A DNA stretch of 64,000 nt from a virus. Taxonomy: Duplodnaviria; Caudoviricetes. The translations under genes and the position numbers were made by a program. The notes beneath the pieces are model-generated. The model worked only from the letters and a program-made list of their open reading frames with translations. It had not been told where the DNA came from and did not search any database. The first letter of the stretch is position 1. The number at the start of each line of letters is the position of its first letter. Of this stretch, positions 28,984 to 37,849 are shown one piece after another. Where the stretch lies: IMG/VR virus record IMGVR_UViG_3300018405_000014, positions 1 through 64,000 of that record; one strand, 5' to 3'.

Positions 28984-29978
28984 TAAAGATCCCACTGGTA
29001 GATATACTCCAGGAGAAGAAGGGCCGATTCAAAGAGGTGCACCTAATACTCTTTGAATTCTGTAACATGAGCTGTTCGTTTTGTCACCAGGACCATAGTT
29101 CCAAAGTGGGTGTCGATCACCACGCTATGTTCGATAAGGTACAGACCCTGATTGGGGTGTCGGACCCAAACGTTCCTGTCGTAGTGAACATCACCGGTGG
29201 GGAATTGTTCATGGACGATATCGCAGATGAGTACTTTGATACTTACTACGAGATCGGGTCAAGGATCATCGAGCATTTCACTGAAGTCAAATTAGTCTTT
29301 GGGACTAACCTGGTCTACGGCGACGCGGATCGCGTGAGATGTCTTGTGGAGCGCCTCAGGGAGAAATGTAGGGAAGTCTACCTGGCTACCTCTTACGACC
29401 CGGCAGGGCGCTTCACCGGCACTCAGAGAGAGGTGTTCTTCAGAAACCTCAACCAGCTGCATGATCTGGTAGATACTGTTAACGTAGTGCTCACCAAACA
29501 GAACATCCATCTCTTCCTTGACGGTAAGGAAGGTCCGGAGTTCAAGGACATGTGTGATAACTTCAGTGTCTACTTTGACCACTACATTCCAAGTCAGATG
29601 TACGAGTACATCCAACCGGATGAAGACTTGATTGGTCAACTGTACCTCAACATCAATGAACGGTACCCGAACTCCTATCCCATTCGGGACTGGAAGGAAA
29701 ACAAGTTCAATGAGACCACCTGCCGCTCGACTAAGATCATCAATAAAGATGGTGTAGTCAGCACCTGCTGGTCGGAGGCTGGTAAGGATGCCATCCTGGA
29801 TGAGGCAGAAGGTCTGCGCGCCAAGGACGCCGCAGAGGTTGCGTTCGTTGAACATTACGAATGCTTCAGTTGCGAGTTCTACTCTAGATGCGGCCTGCGT
29901 TGCTTCCTGCACGATACAGTACTGGGTGAGAAGTCGAAGGTCTGCTCGATAAAGGAAATGTTTAAAGCCATCTTGTAA
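28980..29978 (+). CDS. radical SAM protein
   Basis: CNMSCSFC, ITGGELF, C-terminal CFSCEFYSRCGLRC. Confidence 0.9.
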   Translation: MIKIPLVDILQEKKGRFKEVHLILFEFCNMSCSFCHQDHSSKVGVDHHAMFDKVQTLIGVSDPNVPVVVNITGGELFMDDIADEYFDTYYEIGSRIIEHFTEVKLVFGTNLVYGDADRVRCLVERLREKCREVYLATSYDPAGRFTGTQREVFFRNLNQLHDLVDTVNVVLTKQNIHLFLDGKEGPEFKDMCDNFSVYFDHYIPSQMYEYIQPDEDLIGQLYLNINERYPNSYPIRDWKENKFNETTCRSTKIINKDGVVSTCWSEAGKDAILDEAEGLRAKDAAEVAFVEHYECFSCEFYSRCGLRCFLHDTVLGEKSKVCSIKEMFKAIL

Positions 29979-29983
29979 CGCGG

Positions 29984-30016
29984 CATAAGGGCAGGGGCCA
30001 CGGCCCCTGCCCTATG
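29984..30016. terminator. hairpin dividing the cassette into two operons
   Basis: CATA-AGGGCAGGGGCC/GGCCCCTGCCC-TATG. Confidence 0.7.
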
Positions 30017-30163
30017 TCTGCTGTAAAGTCAGGCTGGCGTGATAACCTTTTTATTGTCTATAATAGACGGGATTAAGTTAAAACTTTACAGCCATTCTAC
30101 TATGACTTATTTCAAACCAGCCATTTAATGCCAGGCACATTGTCCTGGCAGGGGGATTAGAAA

Positions 30164-31252
30164 ATCGACCTCATAGTCAAGCCCACACAGCTTTGCAATT
30201 TCCGCTGCACGTTCTGCTCCAGTACGCATCTGAGTGAGGACGCTACAGCCACCGTATCCCTTGATCAAATTGAGCAGTTTATTAAGAGGTACCCTGAAAC
30301 CCGCACAATCATCATCAATGGTGGCGATCCCCTGATGATGCCTCCTCAGTATTACTGGGATATGATCGAAATACTGGATCGGTTGGACTCTGATGCGTCA
30401 ATTAGCTTTACCTCCAATCTCTGGCCTTTCTTTGTGAACCCCGAGAAATGGGAAAAGCTTTTTAACCATAGACGAATGGGTATCACCACGTCGTTTCAAT
30501 ATGGTGACAAGCGTTTGAAGGGGGATGGTACCCCACTGACTGAGTCTGAATTCATTGCGGTGAGTGACCTCTTCCTCGAGCGCGTCGGTTACCGGCCTGA
30601 ATTCATTGCGGTGATCGATAGGGACAATGCCCATACCGTCCTCGACACCGTGCGACTAGCTCGATACCTTGGAGTTGAAGCCAAAGTCAACTATGCCGTT
30701 GCTTCGGGTCCCGTGGTTGATAAAAAAGGGATCACCATGGGCAATGAAGATCAGATGTATACTCAAGCCGACATGTATAAGGCATACATCGAGATCTACG
30801 ATGCAGGACTGATGGAATGGGAATTCAATACCAAGCAGATGGTCAAGCGCATAAAGGGGCAACAAACGATCTGTCCACTGTCCCGTGATTGCGATGAGGG
30901 CATCCGTACGTTACAGCCTGGTAACGGATACTTCTCGTGTGGGGCTTTCGGCGATGACCTGAAATACCCAATCGACTTTCAACATGAGATGGCCGGAGGC
31001 TTCGTAACTCCCCTGCGCAACCAGGAAGAACTCTGGTCGATGAAAGAAGATTGCAATACATGCCCCATGTTCCTCATCTGCAATGGTTGTCGTAAAACAA
31101 TAACCGATACCAAGCGCCTTGGCCTGGTCGAACATCACTGTAAGACCATGAAGAGCATCGCCCCACGGATCATCGAGATGAACGGGATGCAGGACTACCT
31201 GACCCCCACCCCGTACGTGGACGAGTCTGTCCAACTCATTGCGAGAGGCTAA
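30164..31252 (+). CDS. radical SAM protein (true start upstream of the ORF track, non-canonical ATC)
   Basis: Frame extends 57 codons upstream of 30335: IDLIVKPTQLCNFRCTFCSS...INGGDPLMM; in-frame TAG at 30158; C-terminal CNTCPMFLICNGC. Confidence 0.85.
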   Translation: MDLIVKPTQLCNFRCTFCSSTHLSEDATATVSLDQIEQFIKRYPETRTIIINGGDPLMMPPQYYWDMIEILDRLDSDASISFTSNLWPFFVNPEKWEKLFNHRRMGITTSFQYGDKRLKGDGTPLTESEFIAVSDLFLERVGYRPEFIAVIDRDNAHTVLDTVRLARYLGVEAKVNYAVASGPVVDKKGITMGNEDQMYTQADMYKAYIEIYDAGLMEWEFNTKQMVKRIKGQQTICPLSRDCDEGIRTLQPGNGYFSCGAFGDDLKYPIDFQHEMAGGFVTPLRNQEELWSMKEDCNTCPMFLICNGCRKTITDTKRLGLVEHHCKTMKSIAPRIIEMNGMQDYLTPTPYVDESVQLIARG

Positions 31253-31311
31253 GTGATGCGGGCTGACAATCTGGCACTGGCAATTGCCATCATCATTTCG
31301 GAGGGTTTGTT

Positions 31312-32241
31312 TTGTCCAAGCCAAGAATAAACCTCAGTCTGAACCCCACGTACTATTGCAACTTTAGCTGTGACTTTTGTTACTTAACGACAGAACAGCT
31401 TAATGACCGGACCCTGTTACCAATCGAGGTCATCGTTGAGCGGGTGGATGAGTTACTTGACCACTTCGAGATAGGTCACGTTGACCTTTATGGCGGTGAG
31501 GTTCTACTCTTACCAGAGGAATATCTACTGGCCATAAAAGAGATATTCCTGTCGAGGGGGATAAATGACATTGTATTAGTCACTAACCTTTCTCATGTCC
31601 CCGATCTTGTTCACGACAGTGACTTCAAGATCTCGGTGTCCTATGACTTCTCGGCCAGGGAGAAGCATGAGAAGGTATTTGAGAACATCATGCTTCTGAG
31701 TAACAAGTTCGTGATGCTTACTCTAGCAAGTCGGGAATTTCTAGACAAGGTGACTCCTGACGAGTATGTCAACACTCTAGCTTCCCTTCCTCATCTATGG
31801 CATGCGGAGATAAAGCCATACAGCTCCAACCAGGCTAATGTTCAACCCGTGTCCTTTAAGGAATTTGAAGAGTTCGTCTGGCAGGTGATCAATCACCCCA
31901 ATCGTAATTTCACCTTCGAGAACGAATGGCAGTTAGAGGATGTGATCAGCGGGGAGCGCAATGCATTTAGTGACGATCACGTTTACATAACCCCTACGGG
32001 TGATCTTGCTGTCCTAGAATTCGACAGCCAGGATCGCGAATACTTCAAAGTAGTCGACGGGATATCCGGTTATTTGGAATGGTGTGAACAGGAGAAAGCG
32101 CGGGTCTCTATGAATGCGATCTGCAATGCCTGTCCCTATTACGGTAAGTGTCTCTCTGAACACTTGAGAGAGGTGGTGGCACTGGATGAATCCTGCAATG
32201 GGTTCCGTGGACTCATAGAGCGCTGGGAGAAACTGAAATGA
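31312..32241 (+). CDS. radical SAM protein (TTG start)
   Basis: CNFSCDFC, LYGGEV, C-terminal CNACPYYGKC; GGAGGG SD. Confidence 0.9.
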   Translation: MSKPRINLSLNPTYYCNFSCDFCYLTTEQLNDRTLLPIEVIVERVDELLDHFEIGHVDLYGGEVLLLPEEYLLAIKEIFLSRGINDIVLVTNLSHVPDLVHDSDFKISVSYDFSAREKHEKVFENIMLLSNKFVMLTLASREFLDKVTPDEYVNTLASLPHLWHAEIKPYSSNQANVQPVSFKEFEEFVWQVINHPNRNFTFENEWQLEDVISGERNAFSDDHVYITPTGDLAVLEFDSQDREYFKVVDGISGYLEWCEQEKARVSMNAICNACPYYGKCLSEHLREVVALDESCNGFRGLIERWEKLK

Positions 32242-33305
32242 TGACTGATCCTGCTACATTCACTGTGAACTTCAATCTGGAGATCACTGCCGGGTGCGGC
32301 TATAACTGTCTAGGATGTACAGTCGATAAGAATGGGGCGAATACCCAGCTCGAACCGGAACTAGGCGATCTTCTGCCCCTTCTGGAGGACATTAGATCGA
32401 AAGGCTGGCGCACACTCGAATTGAAAGTAGGGCCAACTGACCTGACCACTGCTGAGAACGGCTTTACCATCCTTGATGATCCTGTCTTCGGGAAGATAGT
32501 CAGCTACTTCAACTTGATCTCAATTAATCTGGCAATGTTGAATGACCATGGCCTTAAAAGGTTAGCCGACAAGCTTGAAGAATTGATCCCTGGCAAATAC
32601 CTGATGGTAGGTACCCCTGTCACCCTCAAGAACATGCTGAATAAGAAATACATGACGCAGTTGAGGGAACGATTTGCCCGCTTCAAGGGTATGTTAAAGA
32701 CCATTACATTCACTCGCATTTACATGACCATCAACGTCGATTCGGATTCCATCCGCCAATTCAGTGACGAGACCTTCGATGCAATCAGCGACAGTAACCT
32801 GACAGAGTTTGATTCGGTAGAATTCGTTTTCACCGATGTGAGGCGTGGCTTTGATAACCTCATGGTTGCCGAACAGTTCAAGCGGGTGACGCGCCAGTTT
32901 TCATCGTTCGTACTTGATCGTGAAAAACGTGTGGCGGGCAGTCATGTCTTCACTCGACTGGTACCTCGTCCACAGGAGGGGTTCGAGTTCACTTACCGTA
33001 CAGGTGACCTCTATACAACGATAACCATGGTTGAAACGCTGACTATCTTTGACGATAAGTACAAACTCCCAAAACCATGGACATTCGAGTCACTGATTGA
33101 CTTCAGGGAAAACCAGTACGCTGATACACTGATAAAGTATTCAGGGCATCCTGAATGTGGCGATTGTTGTTACCTTGACAACTGCTCTCGAAATAACATC
33201 CCGACGCTGATGGAAGAGGCCAGCAGTGATAGGTGCCTGTTCGACATCAAGAACAGGTGGGAACCTGCCTGTCACCTCGAGAATCCGGAAAGGAATATCA
33301 CATGA
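32238..33305 (+). CDS. divergent radical-SAM-like protein 1
   Basis: CGYNCLGC; VGPTD in place of GGE; C-terminal CGDCCYLDNC. Confidence 0.75.
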   Translation: MMTDPATFTVNFNLEITAGCGYNCLGCTVDKNGANTQLEPELGDLLPLLEDIRSKGWRTLELKVGPTDLTTAENGFTILDDPVFGKIVSYFNLISINLAMLNDHGLKRLADKLEELIPGKYLMVGTPVTLKNMLNKKYMTQLRERFARFKGMLKTITFTRIYMTINVDSDSIRQFSDETFDAISDSNLTEFDSVEFVFTDVRRGFDNLMVAEQFKRVTRQFSSFVLDREKRVAGSHVFTRLVPRPQEGFEFTYRTGDLYTTITMVETLTIFDDKYKLPKPWTFESLIDFRENQYADTLIKYSGHPECGDCCYLDNCSRNNIPTLMEEASSDRCLFDIKNRWEPACHLENPERNIT

Positions 33306-34381
33306 AAAAACCTATAGTACAGCATCGCCAGCGCCTGGAGATTGCCCTCGATATTCTAAAGGGATGTGGTCACTCGTGTAGTGGCTGCATGATCGATAAG
33401 GAACTCGGCGGTAGTGCAGAAGACATTCCCCAACTGTACGCTCTAATTCAAGAGATGGTGGCTGATGGTGGGTACGTTGCATTTGACCTTGGTGTAGGAC
33501 CGACTGACTACATGTCTTCGGATAACACCAGTGTCCTCATGGACAACCCAACATTTAGAACCATGGCGCAGATGTTTGACCAGGTTACGTTCAACGCCGC
33601 CTTCCTCGAGAAAGACCTGGACAAGTACGCTAAAATGTGCGAAGAGATCGACGAGGCCTGTCCCAACAAGGCGATTCGATTTCTGATGCCTGCTGCCCCC
33701 GACTTCTTCAAAACAGATAAGTTCGGGACCATGATTGCCAGTAAGCTCCAATACGTCAAAGATACGTTTAAGAAAGCCTACTTAAATGAAGCAGGGTTTG
33801 TGGTCAACTGTACCTCAGACACTGTAAGCGAGAACTTTGACGAATTGATGAAGAACGGCTTTGCAGTGGAGTTCCCCACTGAGAAAGACGATATCCTCAA
33901 TATCCCATATGGTCGGCTACCTTACAAGGATATTATGGTTGGCCAGAACATCAGACGGATGTCCCACCGTATCAGTCAGTTCTACTCTGCTCTCTGTGGT
34001 GTGGATGAGCGCCGCAGGAACCCTGATCTCTGTTACCACACTGGCACTATGGTAAACCTCTGGTACACAGGCGGTAAGCTCTACTGGGTACCTTTCTTAA
34101 AAGATGATTGTCCGTTCCTTGAAGAAGAATTTGTCATCCCTAAGCCCTGGAACATGGAGAATGTTCTAAGTGTTCGTCAGAAAGCGATGAATGAGGCGAT
34201 CGAGTATCTGGAAGGTACTGACTGCATGACATGTGTTTACATGAGCAGTTGTACCGAGAAAGGGATCATTAATATCATGAAACGGTTAGCAATCAAAGAC
34301 TGTATGGTAGGGCTTCAGTATGTCAGAGATGATTCCCAATCGGGGGTTCAACATAACCTTGGAGATCCTTCAAGGGTGTAA
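33302..34381 (+). CDS. divergent radical-SAM-like protein 2
   Basis: Start MKKPIV at 33302; CGHSCSGC; VGPTD; CMTCVYMSSC. Confidence 0.75.
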   Translation: MKKPIVQHRQRLEIALDILKGCGHSCSGCMIDKELGGSAEDIPQLYALIQEMVADGGYVAFDLGVGPTDYMSSDNTSVLMDNPTFRTMAQMFDQVTFNAAFLEKDLDKYAKMCEEIDEACPNKAIRFLMPAAPDFFKTDKFGTMIASKLQYVKDTFKKAYLNEAGFVVNCTSDTVSENFDELMKNGFAVEFPTEKDDILNIPYGRLPYKDIMVGQNIRRMSHRISQFYSALCGVDERRRNPDLCYHTGTMVNLWYTGGKLYWVPFLKDDCPFLEEEFVIPKPWNMENVLSVRQKAMNEAIEYLEGTDCMTCVYMSSCTEKGIINIMKRLAIKDCMVGLQYVRDDSQSGVQHNLGDPSRV

Positions 34382-35333
34382 GTACAGTTGTGTTGGCTGT
34401 ATGGTCGATAAGGAACTTGATCCCGGTCCGTTCGATGAAGATGGACCGGCACTGCTCTCCTTAGTCGATGAGATGAAGGACAGTGGATATGAGCTCAATG
34501 AGTTCACAGTTGGTCCGGTTGATGTTATCGCGTCGAGTGCTGGTACCGCTATCCTGGACCATCCATTGATACAGTCCTTGGCAGATCGATACTGTGGTAT
34601 GGTACTGCCGCTCGCCCTGCTGCAAGAGACAGGCCTTAAGGAACTGTGCGAGAAACTAAACTCCCTATTAAAAGGGAAGCGGTTGAAAGTTGCCACTCCC
34701 TTCCCCGTGAGAAGTATCCGAAATAGAAAACACATCGACCTAATCAAAGACCGGGTGCAGTATATCGTTGATCATCTACCAGATGTCAAGTTCGAGTTAC
34801 TCTACCTCACCGTGAATATGTCAGACGACCCGACTGAACACCTTAGCGATCAACTCGATAAGGAAATTCATGCGTTGGATTTCGGCGTCCGTAAACTGGT
34901 GGAATATGTCTTCCCCCATGCTCGTAAGGGTTTCGATGACCTTGTCAACAGACAGGCATTCTTAAGAGCGTTTACAGGCTTCACTGAGGTCATCCGAGAA
35001 AACCGGTCGCGGTACCTGATAAAGCCTTTGGATGATTCCCTGGAACTCACCTATAGGAACGGGTACCTATATTACACCCCAACACTAATTGAGAAGTTTC
35101 CTCTATTCTCAGATCAATATAGCATTGAACGACCATGGACACGTCATGGGGTCGAAGGACTGGAAGGGAATCTCTATATCGACGAACTTACTCGTCGAGT
35201 TGAGCACGTTACCTGCGGCGATTGTATCCATATCGATCGTTGCGCACGAGGTGACATCCATCTGATAATGACCCATTTGAATTACGACGAATGCCTGGTC
35301 GGGATGAAGAACGATTGGACTATGCCATTATGA
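34320..35333 (+). CDS. divergent radical-SAM-like protein 3
   Basis: CKYSCVGC; VGPVD; CGDCIHIDRC. Confidence 0.75.
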   Translation: MSEMIPNRGFNITLEILQGCKYSCVGCMVDKELDPGPFDEDGPALLSLVDEMKDSGYELNEFTVGPVDVIASSAGTAILDHPLIQSLADRYCGMVLPLALLQETGLKELCEKLNSLLKGKRLKVATPFPVRSIRNRKHIDLIKDRVQYIVDHLPDVKFELLYLTVNMSDDPTEHLSDQLDKEIHALDFGVRKLVEYVFPHARKGFDDLVNRQAFLRAFTGFTEVIRENRSRYLIKPLDDSLELTYRNGYLYYTPTLIEKFPLFSDQYSIERPWTRHGVEGLEGNLYIDELTRRVEHVTCGDCIHIDRCARGDIHLIMTHLNYDECLVGMKNDWTMPL

Positions 35334-35758
35334 CTCCACCTTATAAAGATTTTCAGCGTGTCTACAATCAGTTAATTACGGATCATCCAGATGACTTCAG
35401 TAACATGGAGATCATTGAAGACGATGAGTTGGTGGACAATGCCCTGTCTTATTTCAAGCACGCTACGTTCCCCCTTATCTACCGTAGTAAGAGTTACGCG
35501 GTCGCCATTATCTACGCGCATAAACTCAATGAAATCTACGGTATCGATAAGTACGATATACTGAATGACCCTGATTTATTCCTGGGTCAGGACATGTATT
35601 TCGTACCGTATAGTCAAGACCCTGAGACATACGACCGAATCATGGAACGTCTAATGACCATCCCAAATTGGATTGAGTCAGGGTGGGCCCCTCAGACCGT
35701 TAAGTATTGTCTACTTGAATGTACTGAGGAAGGCATTGCTTCACTTAGCGAGGTGTAA
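35330..35758 (+). CDS. hypothetical protein of the radical SAM cassette
   Basis: ATGA-coupled start MTPPYK at 35330. Confidence 0.7.
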   Translation: MTPPYKDFQRVYNQLITDHPDDFSNMEIIEDDELVDNALSYFKHATFPLIYRSKSYAVAIIYAHKLNEIYGIDKYDILNDPDLFLGQDMYFVPYSQDPETYDRIMERLMTIPNWIESGWAPQTVKYCLLECTEEGIASLSEV

Positions 35759-35759
35759 T

Positions 35760-36320
35760 GTGGAAGTCTTTGAACTCTGGAAGACCCCGATTGTACGCAT
35801 CAATGTTGCGGATCGGTTCAACATGGCAGACTGGACCGATGAGGTGTTCGCACTATACAGCATGACTGGTGGGGAGGACAGCCGCCAGCGCTGCATCGAT
35901 AAAGATTTGTTTCCAGTCATCCTCAGTATGCGCGATGAGGTGATCACTCCGGCAGTGAAACAATTCTGCCTAGATCACTTCAATTACAAGGTTGGGAACT
36001 TCTACGTCGACACCAATGGCAAGTGGATTGTTGAGGGTGAAGGTCTGTATCCACATTACCATCCCGGTTCGGTTGTCTCGGCAATTTGCTACCCAGGTGA
36101 CTCGGTAAATGGCATGACCATGTTCGACCCGAAAGGGAATGCATGTCGTGGTTACCCAAAACCTATGCGGAACAGTGCACTATTCAAAAACTTTACACTA
36201 CAACCCAAGCAAGGGGACATCTATTTGTTCCCGAGTTATGTGCAGCACAGCGTAGCCCACGTCACCGAGGACTTGCGTCTGTCGTTACTGCACGAATACT
36301 ACATCATCGAGGACCTTTAG
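35760..36320 (+). CDS. 2OG-Fe(II) oxygenase (phage TIGR02466-like)
   Basis: YPHYHPGSVVSAICYP...DP...PKQGDIYLFPSYVQHSV...R.S; GTG start after GAGGTG. Confidence 0.8.
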   Translation: MEVFELWKTPIVRINVADRFNMADWTDEVFALYSMTGGEDSRQRCIDKDLFPVILSMRDEVITPAVKQFCLDHFNYKVGNFYVDTNGKWIVEGEGLYPHYHPGSVVSAICYPGDSVNGMTMFDPKGNACRGYPKPMRNSALFKNFTLQPKQGDIYLFPSYVQHSVAHVTEDLRLSLLHEYYIIEDL

Positions 36321-36405
36321 CCATCGATGAGGGCGTCGCCTTGCGTGGTCTCCCTCGATCTTCTGCTCTCTGGGCGGAAGATCACTTACCTGCTTGGAGT
36401 TCACA

Positions 36406-37839
36406 ATGTCAATTCCACCAATTATTCAATATCCCTTGGATCTCACTGGCACCTCGCCAACGAACCACATTGTTGGGGAAGTCCGTGATATCCTGACCGA
36501 TGCCAATCGGGTCTTTATTCCGTTGGCCGGTCCGTTTTATGCCGACAGTTTCACCATCCTCGACAACGAAACCGGTATGCCGCTACGCCCTGTGGATGAT
36601 TATATCCTGGCACAACCGTTTTCTCAAGCGTCGTTGCGCAGCGGCAAGGATGTTCAGTCGGCGGTCGTGCTTCGTGTATCAGCGCCGATCAGTGTCAAGC
36701 TTGACTACCGTGTAGTCGGTGGTGAGTATTCCTGGAACCTCGATGCGTTGCAGGACCTGATCACTCAGTTGGATCTGGATGACCGCCCTATCAAATGGGG
36801 TTCTGTTCTGGGTCGTCCAACAGCCTATCCAGCAGCCCCTCACATCCATGACATCGGTGATACCTTTGGCTGGGAATATGTCGTCTGGCAACTTGAGCGC
36901 ATCACTCAAGCGATCATGGTGGGCGATGAAGCCTCGCATGAAGAGATCCGTCAGCAAATCCGGATTGTTGAAGAGCAGCTTATTTCGCTCATTGGCAGTT
37001 TGGACAATCGACTGGTCACGCACGTTAATGACAAAACCAACCCCCATGCCACGACCAAAGCACAGGTCGGGCTTGGAAGCGTCGACAACTATGCCACAGC
37101 CACGGCAGCTGAAGCCCTGGCGGGTCTGGTAAACAACCGCTTCATGACCCCAGCGCTGGCCAACACTCTGGCACAACGCATTGCAGCCGAACACGTAGCA
37201 GACCATGAGGCCAAGAAGACCAACCCCCATGCGGTTACTAAGGCGCAAGTGGGTCTGGGTAATGTGGACAATTACCTCACGGCTACCCAAGCACAGGCCA
37301 CTAATGGCACCGCGAACGACAAGTTCATGACGCCCTTGAGGACCAAGGAAGCGATCAATGCCATCGCCGGGAATTTGCTGCAGGCGCACATCAACAACAC
37401 CAGTAACCCACACTCTACGACCAAAGCACAGGTCGGCTTGGGTAATGTGGACAATTACAGCACCGCCACCGCCGAACAGGGTATTTCCACTACGATCTCC
37501 GATAAGTTCATGACGCCTCAACGGACTTATCAGGCCATCATGTCGCACGCCGGAAATGCCCTGAACAGCCACATCGGAAATCTGAACAACCCACACCAGA
37601 CCACCGCAGCACAAGTGGGCGCATACACCACAAGTCAGACCGACACCCTGCTGTCCAGGAAATTGGGTTCGGCTGAGACAGCGGTCAATGCGAATCGTCT
37701 GGAAAACACCACCCGTGCATCAATCCTGTCGGATGCTTACGCAGCTGTCGGAAGCATGGGTAAGCGCAACGTGTTCATCTCCACGGTCGATCCAACCGGC
37801 TCTCAAGGTGCGGTAGGTGATATCTGGCTGACTTACTGA
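36406..37839 (+). CDS. tail fibre protein B (paralogue of 23420-24994)
   Basis: MSIPPIIQYPLDLTG N-terminus nearly identical to fibre A; NPH repeats; C-terminal FISTVDP....GDIWLTY. Confidence 0.8.
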   Translation: MSIPPIIQYPLDLTGTSPTNHIVGEVRDILTDANRVFIPLAGPFYADSFTILDNETGMPLRPVDDYILAQPFSQASLRSGKDVQSAVVLRVSAPISVKLDYRVVGGEYSWNLDALQDLITQLDLDDRPIKWGSVLGRPTAYPAAPHIHDIGDTFGWEYVVWQLERITQAIMVGDEASHEEIRQQIRIVEEQLISLIGSLDNRLVTHVNDKTNPHATTKAQVGLGSVDNYATATAAEALAGLVNNRFMTPALANTLAQRIAAEHVADHEAKKTNPHAVTKAQVGLGNVDNYLTATQAQATNGTANDKFMTPLRTKEAINAIAGNLLQAHINNTSNPHSTTKAQVGLGNVDNYSTATAEQGISTTISDKFMTPQRTYQAIMSHAGNALNSHIGNLNNPHQTTAAQVGAYTTSQTDTLLSRKLGSAETAVNANRLENTTRASILSDAYAAVGSMGKRNVFISTVDPTGSQGAVGDIWLTY

Positions 37840-37849
37840 GGAAGCTGAT

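Noticed and set aside
30158-30166. Stop-codon reassignment to explain the in-frame TAG (30158) and TAA (38981)
   Set aside because: TAG, TAA and TGA all terminate well-defined genes elsewhere in the window (e.g. TAG at 27917, 36320, 53602), and core genes are uninterrupted under code 11.
25092-36320. Known cofactor or DNA-modification pathway (queuosine/7-deazaguanine, PQQ, MoCo, anaerobic RNR activase) or canonical His-Xaa-Ser system
   Set aside because: No queC/queD/folE/dpdA, pqq, moa or nrdD partners are recognisable. The candidate substrate repeat is CHxx, not the HxS triplet repeat.
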